27,633 nt of DNA from an uncultured Acidobacteriota bacterium (GCA_963827655.1 CAWHCF010000030.1:1-27633); one strand, 5' to 3'; counted from the stretch's first letter, positions 1 to 10,448 are shown. Translations and numbers: made by a program. The notes: generated by a model not told the origin, from the letters alone.

Positions 1-8
1 CCAAGAAC

Positions 9-47
9 CTTAACGGAATCTTAACCGAAACCTAGCCGTTCCCTCAC
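9..47 (+). promoter_or_regulatory. Pho-box-like direct repeats (11-bp period) upstream of pstS
   Basis: CTTAAC at 9-14 and 20-25, with weaker CCTAGC at 31-36 and CCTCAC at 42-47, all exactly 11 bp apart and about 45-80 bp before pstS. Eleven-bp tandem repeats are the typical PhoB/PhoP/SphR binding geometry. Confidence 0.6.
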
Positions 48-89
48 AACGATCAGGTAAACCTTTGAAGTTTGCCCAAGGGAGATACG

Positions 90-1010
90 ATGAAGATCAG
101 ATTTCTGATAGCGGTCAGCACGCTCGGCATCCTGGGATCGATTGGTTGTGGCGGAGTTTCCGGATCGGGCGGCAGATCGAAACCGATCACCATCAAGGGA
201 TCCGATACCATGGTGATTCTGGGACAGCGCTGGGCCGAGACGTATATGCACAGCAACCCCGGGGTCAGAATCCAGGTTACAGGCGGGGGATCGGGCACAG
301 GAATTGCCGCACTAATCAATGGTGGAACCGACGTCTGCGAATCGTCACGACCCATGAAAGAGAAAGAGAGAATACAGGCCCGCAACCGCCACCGGAAGGA
401 TGTGAAGGAAATTCCGGTGGCTCTTGACGGAGTCGCCATCTACGTGCATCAATCTTCCCCGATCCAGTCGCTCGCGCAGAGCCAGCTCAAATCGATCTAC
501 ACAGGCCGAACCAAGAACTGGCGCGAACTGGGTTGGGACGATGCGACCATTGTGCCCTACAGCCGGGAAAACAACTCAGGCACTTACGTCTTCTTCAAAG
601 AGCACGTCCTGGGTAACGAGGACTTCGCCAACGAAGTCCAGACATTGCCCGGAACCGCCGCGGTCGTCAACGCCGTGAGTAAGGATACGCGGTCCGTAGG
701 ATATGGAGGGATCGCCTACGAATCGGGCATTCGGGTGCTGCCGATCCGCAGCGATGGGAGCGGAGAAGCCGTCCCGCCGTCCCTTGACAACGTGCGGAGC
801 GGCCGTTATCCGTTGTCGCGTCAACTCTTCTTCTACACGGTGGGCGAGCCCGAGGGTGAGCTCAAGGCATTCATCGACTGGGTGCTCAGCGAGGAAGGAC
901 AAAAGATATGCCAAGCGGTGGGCTATTATCCTCTCCAGAAAAACCCAGAGCCAGCTTCGCGTCAGCCCCTCACTGGAGCGGGAAATGGAGCGATCGACTC
1001 TCAGCGTTGA
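90..1010 (+). CDS. pstS: Phosphate ABC transporter substrate-binding lipoprotein
   Basis: Motifs ITIKGSDTM, VTGGGSGTGIAAL, SRENNSGT, YPLSRQLFFYT. Signal peptide ends in a Cys (LGSIGC). ATG at 90 follows RBS AAGGGAG; the ORF track starts at TTG 72. Confidence 0.95.
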   Translation: MKIRFLIAVSTLGILGSIGCGGVSGSGGRSKPITIKGSDTMVILGQRWAETYMHSNPGVRIQVTGGGSGTGIAALINGGTDVCESSRPMKEKERIQARNRHRKDVKEIPVALDGVAIYVHQSSPIQSLAQSQLKSIYTGRTKNWRELGWDDATIVPYSRENNSGTYVFFKEHVLGNEDFANEVQTLPGTAAVVNAVSKDTRSVGYGGIAYESGIRVLPIRSDGSGEAVPPSLDNVRSGRYPLSRQLFFYTVGEPEGELKAFIDWVLSEEGQKICQAVGYYPLQKNPEPASRQPLTGAGNGAIDSQR

Positions 1011-1906
1011 TCATCCGCGGATGCGCTTTCCTGGCGATCATTTCATTAGTCTTGATCTTTGTCTTCATCGGGAAGGAGGCTCTTCCGGTGCTGACCTCCG
1101 AGGAGGTTCGCCGGGAGGTCAACTTGCAAACGCTCTTTTTCCCGCAGTCTTATGAAGGAGCGCCTCCCGTATTTTCCTGGCAGCCGGTTTCTGAAAAGCC
1201 CAAGTATGCGCTCCTTCCGCTCTTCGTGGGAACTTTGAAGGTTACGATCATCTCGGTTGTGCTCGCAATTCCGCTGGCGGTAGGAGCGGCTCTTTACACT
1301 TCGGAATTTGCCCGCCCCGCAGTCCGGGAGGTCATCAAGCCGGCGATTGAGATTCTCGCCGGGATCCCGAGTGTTGTGGTGGGATTCTTTTGCCTGATGG
1401 TCCTGGCCGGCTGGCTTCAGAGCGCGTTTGGCTGGACTTACCGGCTGAACGCCCTGACCGCCGGGATCGGCCTGAGTCTGGCCGTGATTCCCATTGTCTA
1501 TACCGTGTCAGAAGATGCCTTTACCTCGGTCCCGCAGACCTACCGGGACGGTTCGCTGGCAATGGGCGCTTCTTCCTGGCAAACCGCCTGGCGCGTGGTG
1601 CTCCCGGCGGCAATGCCCGGAGTGCTCGCGGCATGCGTCCTGGGTTTTGGCCGCGCCATCGGCGAGACCATGATTGTCCTGATGGCTTCCGGCAACGCCG
1701 CAGTCCTTTCACTATTGCCGACCGATTCGATTCGGACCTTCTCGGCGACCATCGCCGCCGAACTGGGCGAAGTTGTCGTCGGCAGCGCTCACTATCACGT
1801 TCTTTTTTTTATTGGCGCTTTTCTTTTCGTTCTGACTTTCTCGATAAACCTGGCGGGACACTGGTGGGTAGGTCGTCTTCAGAAAAAGCTTCAGGGAGCG
1901 TCGTAG
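908..1906 (+). CDS. pstC: Phosphate ABC transporter permease PstC
   Basis: Motifs EILAGIPSVVVGFF, GSLAMGASSWQT (EAA loop), GFGRAIGETMIVLMASGN. Start is uncertain: ATG 908 overlaps pstS by 103 nt, and TTG 1007 overlaps the pstS stop. Confidence 0.92.
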   Translation: MPSGGLLSSPEKPRASFASAPHWSGKWSDRLSALIIRGCAFLAIISLVLIFVFIGKEALPVLTSEEVRREVNLQTLFFPQSYEGAPPVFSWQPVSEKPKYALLPLFVGTLKVTIISVVLAIPLAVGAALYTSEFARPAVREVIKPAIEILAGIPSVVVGFFCLMVLAGWLQSAFGWTYRLNALTAGIGLSLAVIPIVYTVSEDAFTSVPQTYRDGSLAMGASSWQTAWRVVLPAAMPGVLAACVLGFGRAIGETMIVLMASGNAAVLSLLPTDSIRTFSATIAAELGEVVVGSAHYHVLFFIGAFLFVLTFSINLAGHWWVGRLQKKLQGAS

Positions 1907-1952
1907 CCTCGTCGCGTCCCTGCGTCACCAGTTGAGTGGGATTTTAGTGTTT

Positions 1953-1977
1953 CTTTGTGTCTTCGCGCCTTAGTGGT
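1953..1977. repeat. Octamer-type short tandem repeat (CTTTGTGT CTTCGCGC CTTAGTGGT)
   Basis: Degenerate 8-9-nt units ending in TGGT; same family as 14719, 19595, 26084 and 27246. Confidence 0.5.
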
Positions 1978-1979
1978 AT

Positions 1980-2912
1980 TTGTTCCGTAGCGCTAGAGGT
2001 GCCGTGTTTGATCGCGCAAGAATCGTGGGCGGCTTGCTCCAATCCCTCTCCGGAATCGCCTGCCTGATTATCGTGGCGATGGTGGTCATCATTATCGGCA
2101 ACATCCTGATCCACGGGGTGGAGAAGCTCAGCTTGAGCTTCCTCATTGAAGCGCCGGAAGCCGGCATGACAGGGGGTGGAATTTTCCCGGCCATTTTCGG
2201 CACGGTGGCCCTCGTGCTTCTCATGACCCTGGCTGTCATCCCGCTGGGTGTCGCGACCGCGATTTACATCCACGAGTATGCGCCCAAGCGCTCGCGCATG
2301 GTTCACCTGGTGCGGCTGGCCATCCAGAATCTGGCCGGCGTTCCTGCCATTGTATTCGGGTTGTTCGGCCTGGGGTTCTTTGTCGAGTTCGTGGGGCGTG
2401 GCGTGGACCGCGCCTTCTACGGCGGCACTTTGGTGTATGGCCAGCCCGCGATTCTCTGGGCCGCCTTGACGATGGCGCTGCTGACGATGCCCACGGTAGT
2501 GGTTGCCACGGAAGAGGCTCTGCGAGCCATTCCGGTGAGTTATCGGGAAGTCGCTTATTCGCTGGGCGCGACTCGCTGGCAGATGATTCGCCGCGTGGTC
2601 TTGCCTCAGGCGGTGGGCGGCATCCTTACCGGCGGGATTCTCGCGGTGAGCCGGGGCTCGGGAGAGGTCGCTCCCGTGATGTTTACAGGCGCCGCGTACT
2701 TTCTCCCCGAGCTTCCAACCCAGCTGAACAGCCAGTTCATGGAGCTGGGATATCACGTCTATGTAATGACGACCCAATCGCCCGACGTTGAAGCAACCAA
2801 GCCGATCCTCTACACGACGGTGCTGGTTCTGCTCCTCCTCACTTTTTCGCTGAATTTCACAGCAATCATGATTCGCGCCAGGATTCGAAAGAGGCTCCGC
2901 TATGGTCGTTGA
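1980..2912 (+). CDS. pstA: Phosphate ABC transporter permease PstA
   Basis: Motifs GGIFPAIFGT, NLAGVPAIVFGLFG, TEEALRAIP..REVAYSLGATRWQ, RGSGEVAP; operon position. Start is approximate. Confidence 0.93.
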   Translation: MFRSARGAVFDRARIVGGLLQSLSGIACLIIVAMVVIIIGNILIHGVEKLSLSFLIEAPEAGMTGGGIFPAIFGTVALVLLMTLAVIPLGVATAIYIHEYAPKRSRMVHLVRLAIQNLAGVPAIVFGLFGLGFFVEFVGRGVDRAFYGGTLVYGQPAILWAALTMALLTMPTVVVATEEALRAIPVSYREVAYSLGATRWQMIRRVVLPQAVGGILTGGILAVSRGSGEVAPVMFTGAAYFLPELPTQLNSQFMELGYHVYVMTTQSPDVEATKPILYTTVLVLLLLTFSLNFTAIMIRARIRKRLRYGR

Positions 2913-3705
2913 TCGCGAAGTCCTGGCGGCACCCATCGACGAGGGGTACGAGAGGTCGGTCCCGATTCGGACCAAGGGTTTGGCTGTGCGCGCCGGCGGA
3001 AGCGAGATCTTGAAAGGGATCACCCTGGACGCCCGCCGCGGCGAGATCCTTTCGATAATCGGTCCCGCAGGCGCAGGCAAGACAACCTTTCTCCGTTGCC
3101 TTAACCGAATGAATGACCTTGATCCCGATATTCAAGTCTCCGGCGAGGTTTTCCTGGACGGAGTGTCGGTCTATGACCGCGAAGTGGATGTAGCTGTTTT
3201 GCGCCGCAAGGTAGGAATGGTCTTCTCGGTTCCCGTGCCCCTGCCGATGACCATCTTCCAGAACCTGACTTTCGGGCTGCGCCTGATAGAAGGCGCGCAA
3301 AACCGATACGCCGAACGGGTCGAAAAAGCCCTGCGGTCGGCATATCTGTGGGACGAAGTAAAGGATCGGATGGATGAGCCCGCCCGCAATCTCTCGGGCG
3401 GGCAGCAGCAGCGGCTGTGCCTGGCACGCACGCTGGCGCTGGAACCGGGAGTGCTCTTGCTGGATGAGCCGAGTTCCGGACTCGATCCGGTTTCGACCGC
3501 GAAGATCGAGGAGGCACTCCAGGAGTTGAAGGCCGATCTTGGCGTCATCCTGGTCACGAACAATGTCAAGCAGGCCGCGCGCGCGTCGGATCGAACGGCT
3601 TTTTTCCTCTTTGGCGAACTGATTGAACTCGATCTCACCGAGAAGCTCTTCACCACGCCGCGCGAGCCGAAAACCGCAGACTATATCTCAGGACGATTCG
3701 GATGA
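2902..3705 (+). CDS. pstB: Phosphate ABC transporter ATP-binding protein (PstB paralogue 1; degenerate Q- and H-loops)
   Basis: Walker [15 protein letters not shown], signature [10 protein letters not shown], Walker B LLLDEP, C-terminal YISGRFG. Confidence 0.92.
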   Translation: MVVDREVLAAPIDEGYERSVPIRTKGLAVRAGGSEILKGITLDARRGEILSIIGPAGAGKTTFLRCLNRMNDLDPDIQVSGEVFLDGVSVYDREVDVAVLRRKVGMVFSVPVPLPMTIFQNLTFGLRLIEGAQNRYAERVEKALRSAYLWDEVKDRMDEPARNLSGGQQQRLCLARTLALEPGVLLLDEPSSGLDPVSTAKIEEALQELKADLGVILVTNNVKQAARASDRTAFFLFGELIELDLTEKLFTTPREPKTADYISGRFG

Positions 3706-4458
3706 CGCCCAAGCTCGAGACCCGGGCACTCGATCTGTGGTATCAGAGCTTTCATGGCCTCAAGGCGGTCAGTATCGCCATTCGCCCGCGCGCCATTACG
3801 GCGATAATCGGCCCATCCGGATGCGGCAAATCGACTCTGTTGCGGGTGTTCAACCGGATGAACGACACGATTCCGGGAGTTCGGATTGAAGGTGAGGCGC
3901 TCCTCGACGGGCACTCCATTTATGCCAGGGACATCGATCTGCGCCAGCTTCGAAAGCGGGTCGGGATGGTGTTCCAGCGGCCCAATCCTTTTCCCTTGTC
4001 GGTGTTTGAAAACGTGGCGTATGGCCCTAAAATCCACAATCTGGCCATCAAGCGGAGATCTGGCCGACCGGGTCGAGAAGAGCTTGCGGCAGACGGGTCT
4101 CTGGGATGCCCTGAGGGAGCGCCTGGACGATTCAGCCCTGTCGCTCTCGCCGGAGCAGCAGCAACGCATCTGTATCTCGCGGCTCCTCGCCGTTGAGCCG
4201 GAGGTGCTCCTCATGGACGAGCCGGCTTCCGCCCTGGATCCGATCGCAACCGCGAGAATCGAACAACTCCTGATCGAGCTGAAAGAGCGGTACACAATCG
4301 TAATCGTCACGCACAATATGCAACAGGCGGCCCGGATCTCCGACGATACAGCTTTCATGCTGTTGGGCGAGCTGGTCGAGGTCGGGGAAACCCAGACGAT
4401 TTTCACGCGCCATTCCGACCCAAGAACCGAGCAGTACATTTCAGGGAGGTTCGGATAA
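3702..4458 (+). CDS. pstB: Phosphate ABC transporter ATP-binding protein (PstB paralogue 2), split by a +1 frameshift near 4044
   Basis: ORF 3702.. gives [13 protein letters not shown] and [12 protein letters not shown] ..4458 gives [16 protein letters not shown] and YISGRFG. Removing one C from GCCA at about 4044 joins them; probably a sequencing error. Confidence 0.88.
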
Positions 4459-5159
4459 TGCAGCGTCACTTCGACGAGAAGATTCAAGAGCTGCTGGAGA
4501 AGCTGATGGTGATGGGTAGCCTGGCGGAGTCGATGATCCAGGCGGCTTTGAGGACATTAATCGAAAGAGACGAGACTCTCTGCGACGAGGTCCACCGCAA
4601 GGAAATGGAAGTGAACGAGCTGCAAATCGAAGTCGACGACCGGGCGGTCAAGTTGACTGCGCTCCAGCAGCCGGTGGGCACCGATGTTCGATTCCTCTTC
4701 ATGGCGTCTCGCATCGCTTCGGAACTGGAGCGCATCGGAGACCAGGCGGTCAACATCTGCCAGAACGCGCACCATGTTCTGGAAGCCCCGCCGCTGAAAC
4801 CCATCGTCGACCTGCCCATGATGGGAGATATCGCCGAAAGGATGGTGCGCGACAGCCTTGAATCCCTGGTCAGGAAAGATTGCAGCCTGGCCAACCATGT
4901 CCTGGAGGAGGAAAAAAAGGTCGATGCCTTCCGGGACCAGATCTTCCGTATCCTCCTGACTCACATGATGGCCGATCCCGGAACCATCCAGCGCGCCCTG
5001 GGACTGATCCTGATCTCGCGCAACCTCGAGCGCGTGGGAGACCATGCGACCAACATCGCCGAGGAGGTGATATACCTGGTCGAAGGACGGGAGGTGCGGC
5101 ACCGGCATGAGATGAACACGCGCGCCGTTCCTTCTGAAAGCGTGGACACGCCCACCTAG
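4458..5159 (+). CDS. phoU: Phosphate signalling complex protein PhoU
   Basis: Two PhoU repeats (ALQQPVGTDVR..ELERIGDQAVNI; SRNLERVGDHATNIAE) directly after pstB. Confidence 0.95.
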   Translation: MQRHFDEKIQELLEKLMVMGSLAESMIQAALRTLIERDETLCDEVHRKEMEVNELQIEVDDRAVKLTALQQPVGTDVRFLFMASRIASELERIGDQAVNICQNAHHVLEAPPLKPIVDLPMMGDIAERMVRDSLESLVRKDCSLANHVLEEEKKVDAFRDQIFRILLTHMMADPGTIQRALGLILISRNLERVGDHATNIAEEVIYLVEGREVRHRHEMNTRAVPSESVDTPT

Positions 5160-5202
5160 CTTCTTTGCCTCTGGGCGCACAAAATGGAGGTATCCATTCG
5201 GC

Positions 5203-5892
5203 ATGGCTAAAGGAACTATTCTCGTCATCGATGACGAGAAGGATCTCATCGAGCTGGTCCGGTACAATCTCGAAAGAGAAGGTTTCGATGTCATAGGCGC
5301 GCCTGATGGCGAGTCCGGGCTGAAAATGGCCGCCCAGTCTCAGCCCGATGTGATTCTGGTGGATGTGATGCTGCCAGGGATCGACGGGCTCGACGTTTGC
5401 CGCACGCTTCGCTCTAACAACCGCACGGCTCGCATCCCGGTGATCATGCTGACGGCGAAGTCTGCGGAATCGGACCGTGTCGTCGGGCTTGAACTCGGGG
5501 CCGATGATTATGTAACCAAGCCGTTCAGCCCGCGTGAACTGGGCGCTCGAGTCAAAGCCGTATTGCGTCGAACTTCTCTCCACCAGGAACCGCCCGACGT
5601 TGTCCGGCGCGGCGATCTGGTTATCGACCTATCGCGCCGCGAGGTGTTCTGCAAGGACAAGGTCATTTTCTTGACCGCCACTGAATTTCGGCTCCTGCAG
5701 TTCCTGGCAGACCGCCCGGGACGGGTTTTCTCGCGCAGCGAAATCATCGATGGCTCGCTGGGCCGCGACGTAGCCGTCCTCGACCGGACCATCGATGTGC
5801 ATGTAATGGCCCTCCGAAGAAAGTTGGGCAGGTGTGGCGAGTGGATCGAGACTATTCGCGGCTTTGGCTATCGATTCCGCGAGGGGAATTAG
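5203..5892 (+). CDS. phoB: OmpR/PhoB-family response regulator (phosphate regulon regulator)
   Basis: Receiver domain (VIDDE, DVMLPG, MLTAK, GADDYVTKPF) plus winged helix (LTATEF, DRTIDVHV, IETIRGFGYRF); follows phoU; RBS GGAGG upstream. Confidence 0.85.
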   Translation: MAKGTILVIDDEKDLIELVRYNLEREGFDVIGAPDGESGLKMAAQSQPDVILVDVMLPGIDGLDVCRTLRSNNRTARIPVIMLTAKSAESDRVVGLELGADDYVTKPFSPRELGARVKAVLRRTSLHQEPPDVVRRGDLVIDLSRREVFCKDKVIFLTATEFRLLQFLADRPGRVFSRSEIIDGSLGRDVAVLDRTIDVHVMALRRKLGRCGEWIETIRGFGYRFREGN

Positions 5893-6159
5893 GTTTCCCT
5901 GGTGTTTTTTCCTTCTTCGTCGCACGAAATTAACCACCATCATATATGAACAAGGCGGCCCTTCAGGCTTGAACCCGCAAAGCCGGCGCGGCGCCTCGCT
6001 TGCCCCGGTTCTGTTGAACAGCCGCAGACTAATTCATATGTTTGGATAGCATTTCAAAAATCTGGATAATCGCTGCCCGGAGGCTTGCGAAGCCCCAGCG
6101 CTCTCGCCATATCCCTCAGTTGTCACTGCAGTTGTCTTCCCGGTAGTAAAATTCCGCTA

Positions 6160-6175
6160 TGGCATGACTCTTGCC
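6160..6175 (+). promoter_or_regulatory. Sigma-54 (-24/-12) promoter candidate for TBDR1
   Basis: TGGCATG-ACTC-TTGC matches TGGCAYG-N4-TTGC with exact GG-N10-GC spacing, about 45 bp before the ATG. Confidence 0.6.
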
Positions 6176-6218
6176 CTATGTATAGATAACTGTCTTTCGA
6201 ATGGGGAGGAAGAGTCAC

Positions 6219-8455
6219 ATGGAGGTTATGATCAAATCAAGATTGGTTTTTGGTCTGCTCGTGGTTTTTGTCCTTCTAAGCCCGGCAGAAATGTTGGCCC
6301 AGCTCACTCGCGGTTTCATCTCCGGAACGGTAACGGATCAGAGCAACGCTGTGATTCCGGGCGCGAGCATCGTCATAGTTAACAAGGCCACGAATATTCA
6401 ACACGAGACGCTGACGAACGAGGCGGGCTTGTACCGGTTTGTCGCTGTCGAGCCTGGAACGTATTCAGTTCAGTTTTCGATGTCTGGTTTTGAGACCCGC
6501 AAGGCAGACGACATCATCGTCCGTGCGGCTCAGGAAGTCGTAATTAATCAGACTCTTGCGGTGGGCGGCGGTGCTGCCGTGGTCGAAGTGAACGTGACGC
6601 CGCCGGGGGTTGAACTGGCCAAGACGACCCCCACGATCGACCGGACACTCAGCCAGCGATTGGTTGAAGAGATGCCGATTACGGGAAATACGCGCGATGT
6701 GACCCGTTTGGCGTTATTAGCTCCCACGGTTAATCGAGCCCCTGGGTCGAATGAGTTTTCGGCAAACGGTCAGCGCGCTCGGAACAACAATTTTCTGATC
6801 GACGGCACTGATAACAACGACCTGAGCGTTACGCTCTCCAACTCGCGCATCATTCCCGAGGCAGTAGGGGAGTTCCAGGTGCAGACGACGGCCTACTCCT
6901 CGGAGTTCGGGCGCAACAGCGGAGCGCAGGTCTCGATTATTACCAGGAGCGGGACCAACGCGCTTCACGGCGAGGTCTGGGACTACTACCGGGGGAACTG
7001 GGTTGAGCCGCTAAGCCTGCTCAACCGTCGTGCAGGTCTCAAGGAGACGCCGCGCTTTGTCCAGAACCAGGTCGGAGGAGACATGGCTGGTCCGGTGCTG
7101 AAGGATCGCACCTTTTTCTTTGGCCTGTTGGAAGCGAATCGCCGGCGCGAGGCTCCCGACGCCCGCAATGCTGCGAGCGCGAATGTCCCGACGCCGGCAG
7201 GTTTTGCCGCTCTCTCGAGCGTTCCGCTGGGGCCGGACCAGACACCGGCCAGCCGACAGGCGGTACTGAGCGCGATGAGTTTTCTGCCCGAAGTGCAGCA
7301 GTCTGGTCACCCGTTACGACAATATCCGGCCAGTGACCGTAAATGGAGTCCCGCTCGAGTTCGGAAGCATCCGGATTCCTTTGGCCGCCTTCGAGCTCGC
7401 CGACAAGAATGCAGAATCCGGCGACTAACTTCTGGAGCTTCTCGATCCAGAGGCAGTTCAAGACGGACTACATCTTCGAGGTGAGTTATACCGGAAACCG
7501 GTCGTATCACCAGGTACGCCAGGGACAGTTGAATCCTCCGATTCTGACGCCTCAGCAAGCGGCGACGGTGGTCGGCGACATTGAACCCGAACAGCATCCC
7601 CGGGGCTCAGGACTCGACGTATCAATCCGAACTGGGGTTCCCGCACCACGATCGAGGCGACGGCCCTGGGCGAATACCATGCGATGTTTCGTGCGCTTCG
7701 ACAAGAAGCTCTCCAGAGGCTCTGTGATCGGCGCCAATTACACCTGGAGCTCCAACTTCAGCGATAATGACGAATCGCTGGCGGTAGGCGATATCACTAA
7801 TTCAAGCCCGCAGGTACCGCAGAATTTCTTCAATTACCGGAACGAGTGGAGCCGCTCGGTGTTCGACCGGCCGCATCGCTTCGTTGTGCATTACCTCTAC
7901 GAAATTCCCTTCTTCCACTCTAACAATGCCGTTCTGCGCCACGTCTTCAGAGGATGGCAGATGACCGGATTTAGCGAATGGCAGTCCGGCCAGCCCTTCA
8001 CAATCCGCACCGGCGTGGATACCGTCGGCACCACGGCAGGCGGTACCAACCCACCGGGCCGGCCCAATTTCAATCCAGGCGGGATCATGACCAGAGATCC
8101 AGTCACGAACAACTTTCGGACCTTTACGGTCCCGCTGACCGGCAACGGCATCGTGGTTGCCCCATTGACCGCAGGGGGTATTCCGCTCGCTAATTCCATG
8201 TCGGGAGGAGGAACCCTTGGGCGGAATACTTTTCACGGGCCTTCGTTTCAGAACTGGAATTTCAGCTTGATGAAGACGATTAAACTGACTGAGCGATGGA
8301 AGGTGCAGCTGCGAAGCGACTTCATCAATCTCTGGAATCATGACAATTTTCAGAATCCTGAGGCGCGCATGAGCAGCACGTCGTTCGGCGCCAATACTGC
8401 GGATCTCCTGACGGATGCGCGCACGATCCTGTTGAGCGCAAAGATCAAGTTCTGA
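6219..8455 (+). pseudogene. TonB-dependent receptor (carboxypeptidase-regulatory-like N-domain, Oar-like barrel), with frameshifts and a large internal deletion near 7385
   Basis: Signal peptide, ISGTVTDQSNAVIPGA, plug motifs NGQRARNNNFLIDGTDNND and SEFGRNSGAQV..TRSGTN..HG, C-terminal LSAKIKF. Spans only about 2.2 kb versus about 3.6 kb for the two paralogues. +1 insertions near 7299, 7574, 7610 and 7687. Confidence 0.8.
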
Positions 8456-8464
8456 TCGACGAAC

Positions 8465-8486
8465 CGAAACCTCTTTGCAGGTTTCG
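8465..8486. terminator. Hairpin downstream of TBDR1, between convergent genes
   Basis: CGAAACCT-ctttgc-AGGTTTCG, an 8-bp stem 10 nt after the stop; weak U-tract. Confidence 0.3.
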
Positions 8487-8673
8487 TTATCCTGAGCGCC
8501 AGAATCAGAGGCGTGCAACTACCAGGCAAGCAGGAGATCCTCGCGACAGGATTCGCACCAAACGCGAGGGAAACCGTACCGCACGTTTCCGCGGTCCAGT
8601 GGACCGTGCGTTTCGGGCCGATAGATTCCTTGGGGATTGCATCCCACAGGACCACCAGGACTCTGAGAAGACG

Positions 8674-10431
8674 CTAGGAATCTCTTTGCGCGCTGGGAAG
8701 GAAGATGGAGAACGTGGAGCCGCGGCTGACCTCGCTCTCGACCTCGATGCGGCCGCCATGCGCTTCGACCAGATGCTTGGCGATCGAAAGTCCCAGTCCG
8801 GTTCCTCCCATCTCCCTCGACCTGGCAGGATCAACCCGGTAGAAGCGCTCGAAGATCCTTTCCTGCTCAACCTTGGGAATGCCGATGCCGGTGTCCGAAA
8901 CGGAGATCACCACTTCCTGCCCCGTGGATTGGGCGCGGACGCAAATGCGGCCGCCGGATGGAGTGTAGCGCACGGCATTGTCCAATAGATTCTGCAGTAT
9001 TTCCTGCAGCGAGCTGACGTCGCCGCGAATGGCCGCGAGGTCTGCCTGGTAATCTGCTTCCAGGTGAAGGTTCTTCGAAGACGCTTTGAAGCGGGTCGTT
9101 TCGAGACAGGGTTCGATCACACTCGCGATGGGGACGGCCCGCGCTTCGAGTTCGTGTTTTCCGGCCTCGATCTGGGAAAGCTTGAGCAGATCGTCGGTCA
9201 AGCGACTCAGCCGGGTGGCATGATTGCGAATGATTTCGAGGAAGCGGCTGCGATTGTCGATGTCCTCCAGCGCGCCTCCCAAAAGGGTTTCCGTGAATCC
9301 TTGAATCGCCGTCAGCGGAGTCTTGAACTCATGCGAGACGTTGGCCACGAAATCACGACGCGCGCGTTCCAGCCGGCGTAGCTCGCTGATGTCATGCAAA
9401 ACCAGGACGGCTCCGACTACGAGGCCGTCGGACCTTACCGGGGCCGTGGTCACGGCAAAGCTCTTGGTCCGCACAGCGCCGACCACAACTTCGCTTCTTA
9501 CGCTTTCGTTCCCGGCGAGCGCGCGCCGGATAACGTCCAGCAGGTCCGACTGGCGGATCACTTCAACCATCGGACTTTTTTCCCACCTCGATAGATCAAT
9601 GGCCAGCACCTGGCAAAAGGCCTGGTTGCAAAAAACCACACGCTGATCCGAGCCGATGACCGCCACGCCTTCTGCCATGCTGCGCAAAATGGCCGCGGAT
9701 TGGTTGCGTTCCTCGGTCAAACTTCGGATGGTCCGATCCAGTTGCGCCCCGGTTTCACTGAGCGTGTGCGAAAGTTCGGCGAGCTCATCCTGATGCCGGT
9801 CCAGGGCCAACTCACGGAAATCACCGTGGGCAACCCGGCGCGAGAACAGCTTCAACCGTTCAATTCGCGCCGAAACACTGCGCGAAAAGAGGAACGACAA
9901 GCCTCCCGCCATGACCAGAATCAAGATGGAAACGGACCAGAGTCGCCGGCGAAAGCTGCTTAGCGCCTGGTCCAGACGCTCGAGCGGTATCGCCAAGCGG
10001 ATAACGGCCAGCGGCCCGCGCGCAGGTTGATACCGCAATGCCATGTAGACGAGGTCGCGATTGAGAGTCTCGCTGTGGCGAACCGCGCGCCCCGCACCCT
10101 CGGCCAATGCTTGACGGATTTCCGGGCGTTCCGAGTGACTCTCCATCGTCTTCGAATCTTCGCCGGAGTCGACAAGAACCTTCCCGTCATCGGCAACAAG
10201 AGTGAGGCGCGCGCCGCTCTGAGCCATCCAGGAAGCCCAGGAGTTGAGCTCCTCCGCTCTATCGAGGGGTGGGAGCCTGCTCTGCGCCAGACGTCCGAGA
10301 GATTCGAGCTGTGAAAACGCCTGCTGCAGGTAATCGCGCCGCATGGCCCGGGCGGTGTAGGCGTCGACCGCAACCAGCGCCAGCAGCACCAAGAGGAAGT
10401 AGGTCAGGGCAAGTTTCCAGAACAGTCGCAT
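8674..10431 (-). CDS. phoR: PhoR-like sensor histidine kinase (2 TM, HAMP, PAS, HisKA, HATPase)
   Basis: Motifs [63 protein letters not shown]; periplasmic HSERPEI motif typical of this PhoR type; close to the pst-phoU-phoB operon. Confidence 0.8.
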   Translation of the reverse strand: MRLFWKLALTYFLLVLLALVAVDAYTARAMRRDYLQQAFSQLESLGRLAQSRLPPLDRAEELNSWASWMAQSGARLTLVADDGKVLVDSGEDSKTMESHSERPEIRQALAEGAGRAVRHSETLNRDLVYMALRYQPARGPLAVIRLAIPLERLDQALSSFRRRLWSVSILILVMAGGLSFLFSRSVSARIERLKLFSRRVAHGDFRELALDRHQDELAELSHTLSETGAQLDRTIRSLTEERNQSAAILRSMAEGVAVIGSDQRVVFCNQAFCQVLAIDLSRWEKSPMVEVIRQSDLLDVIRRALAGNESVRSEVVVGAVRTKSFAVTTAPVRSDGLVVGAVLVLHDISELRRLERARRDFVANVSHEFKTPLTAIQGFTETLLGGALEDIDNRSRFLEIIRNHATRLSRLTDDLLKLSQIEAGKHELEARAVPIASVIEPCLETTRFKASSKNLHLEADYQADLAAIRGDVSSLQEILQNLLDNAVRYTPSGGRICVRAQSTGQEVVISVSDTGIGIPKVEQERIFERFYRVDPARSREMGGTGLGLSIAKHLVEAHGGRIEVESEVSRGSTFSIFLPSAQRDS

Positions 10432-10448
10432 CGGGCAGTCTAGGGTCA

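Noticed and set aside
1944-5583. Long antisense ORFs (1944-3080, 3681-4487, 4557-5294, 4870-5583; likewise 19582-20526)
   Set aside because: Shadow ORFs opposite well-conserved genes, expected in GC-rich DNA; no recognisable motifs.
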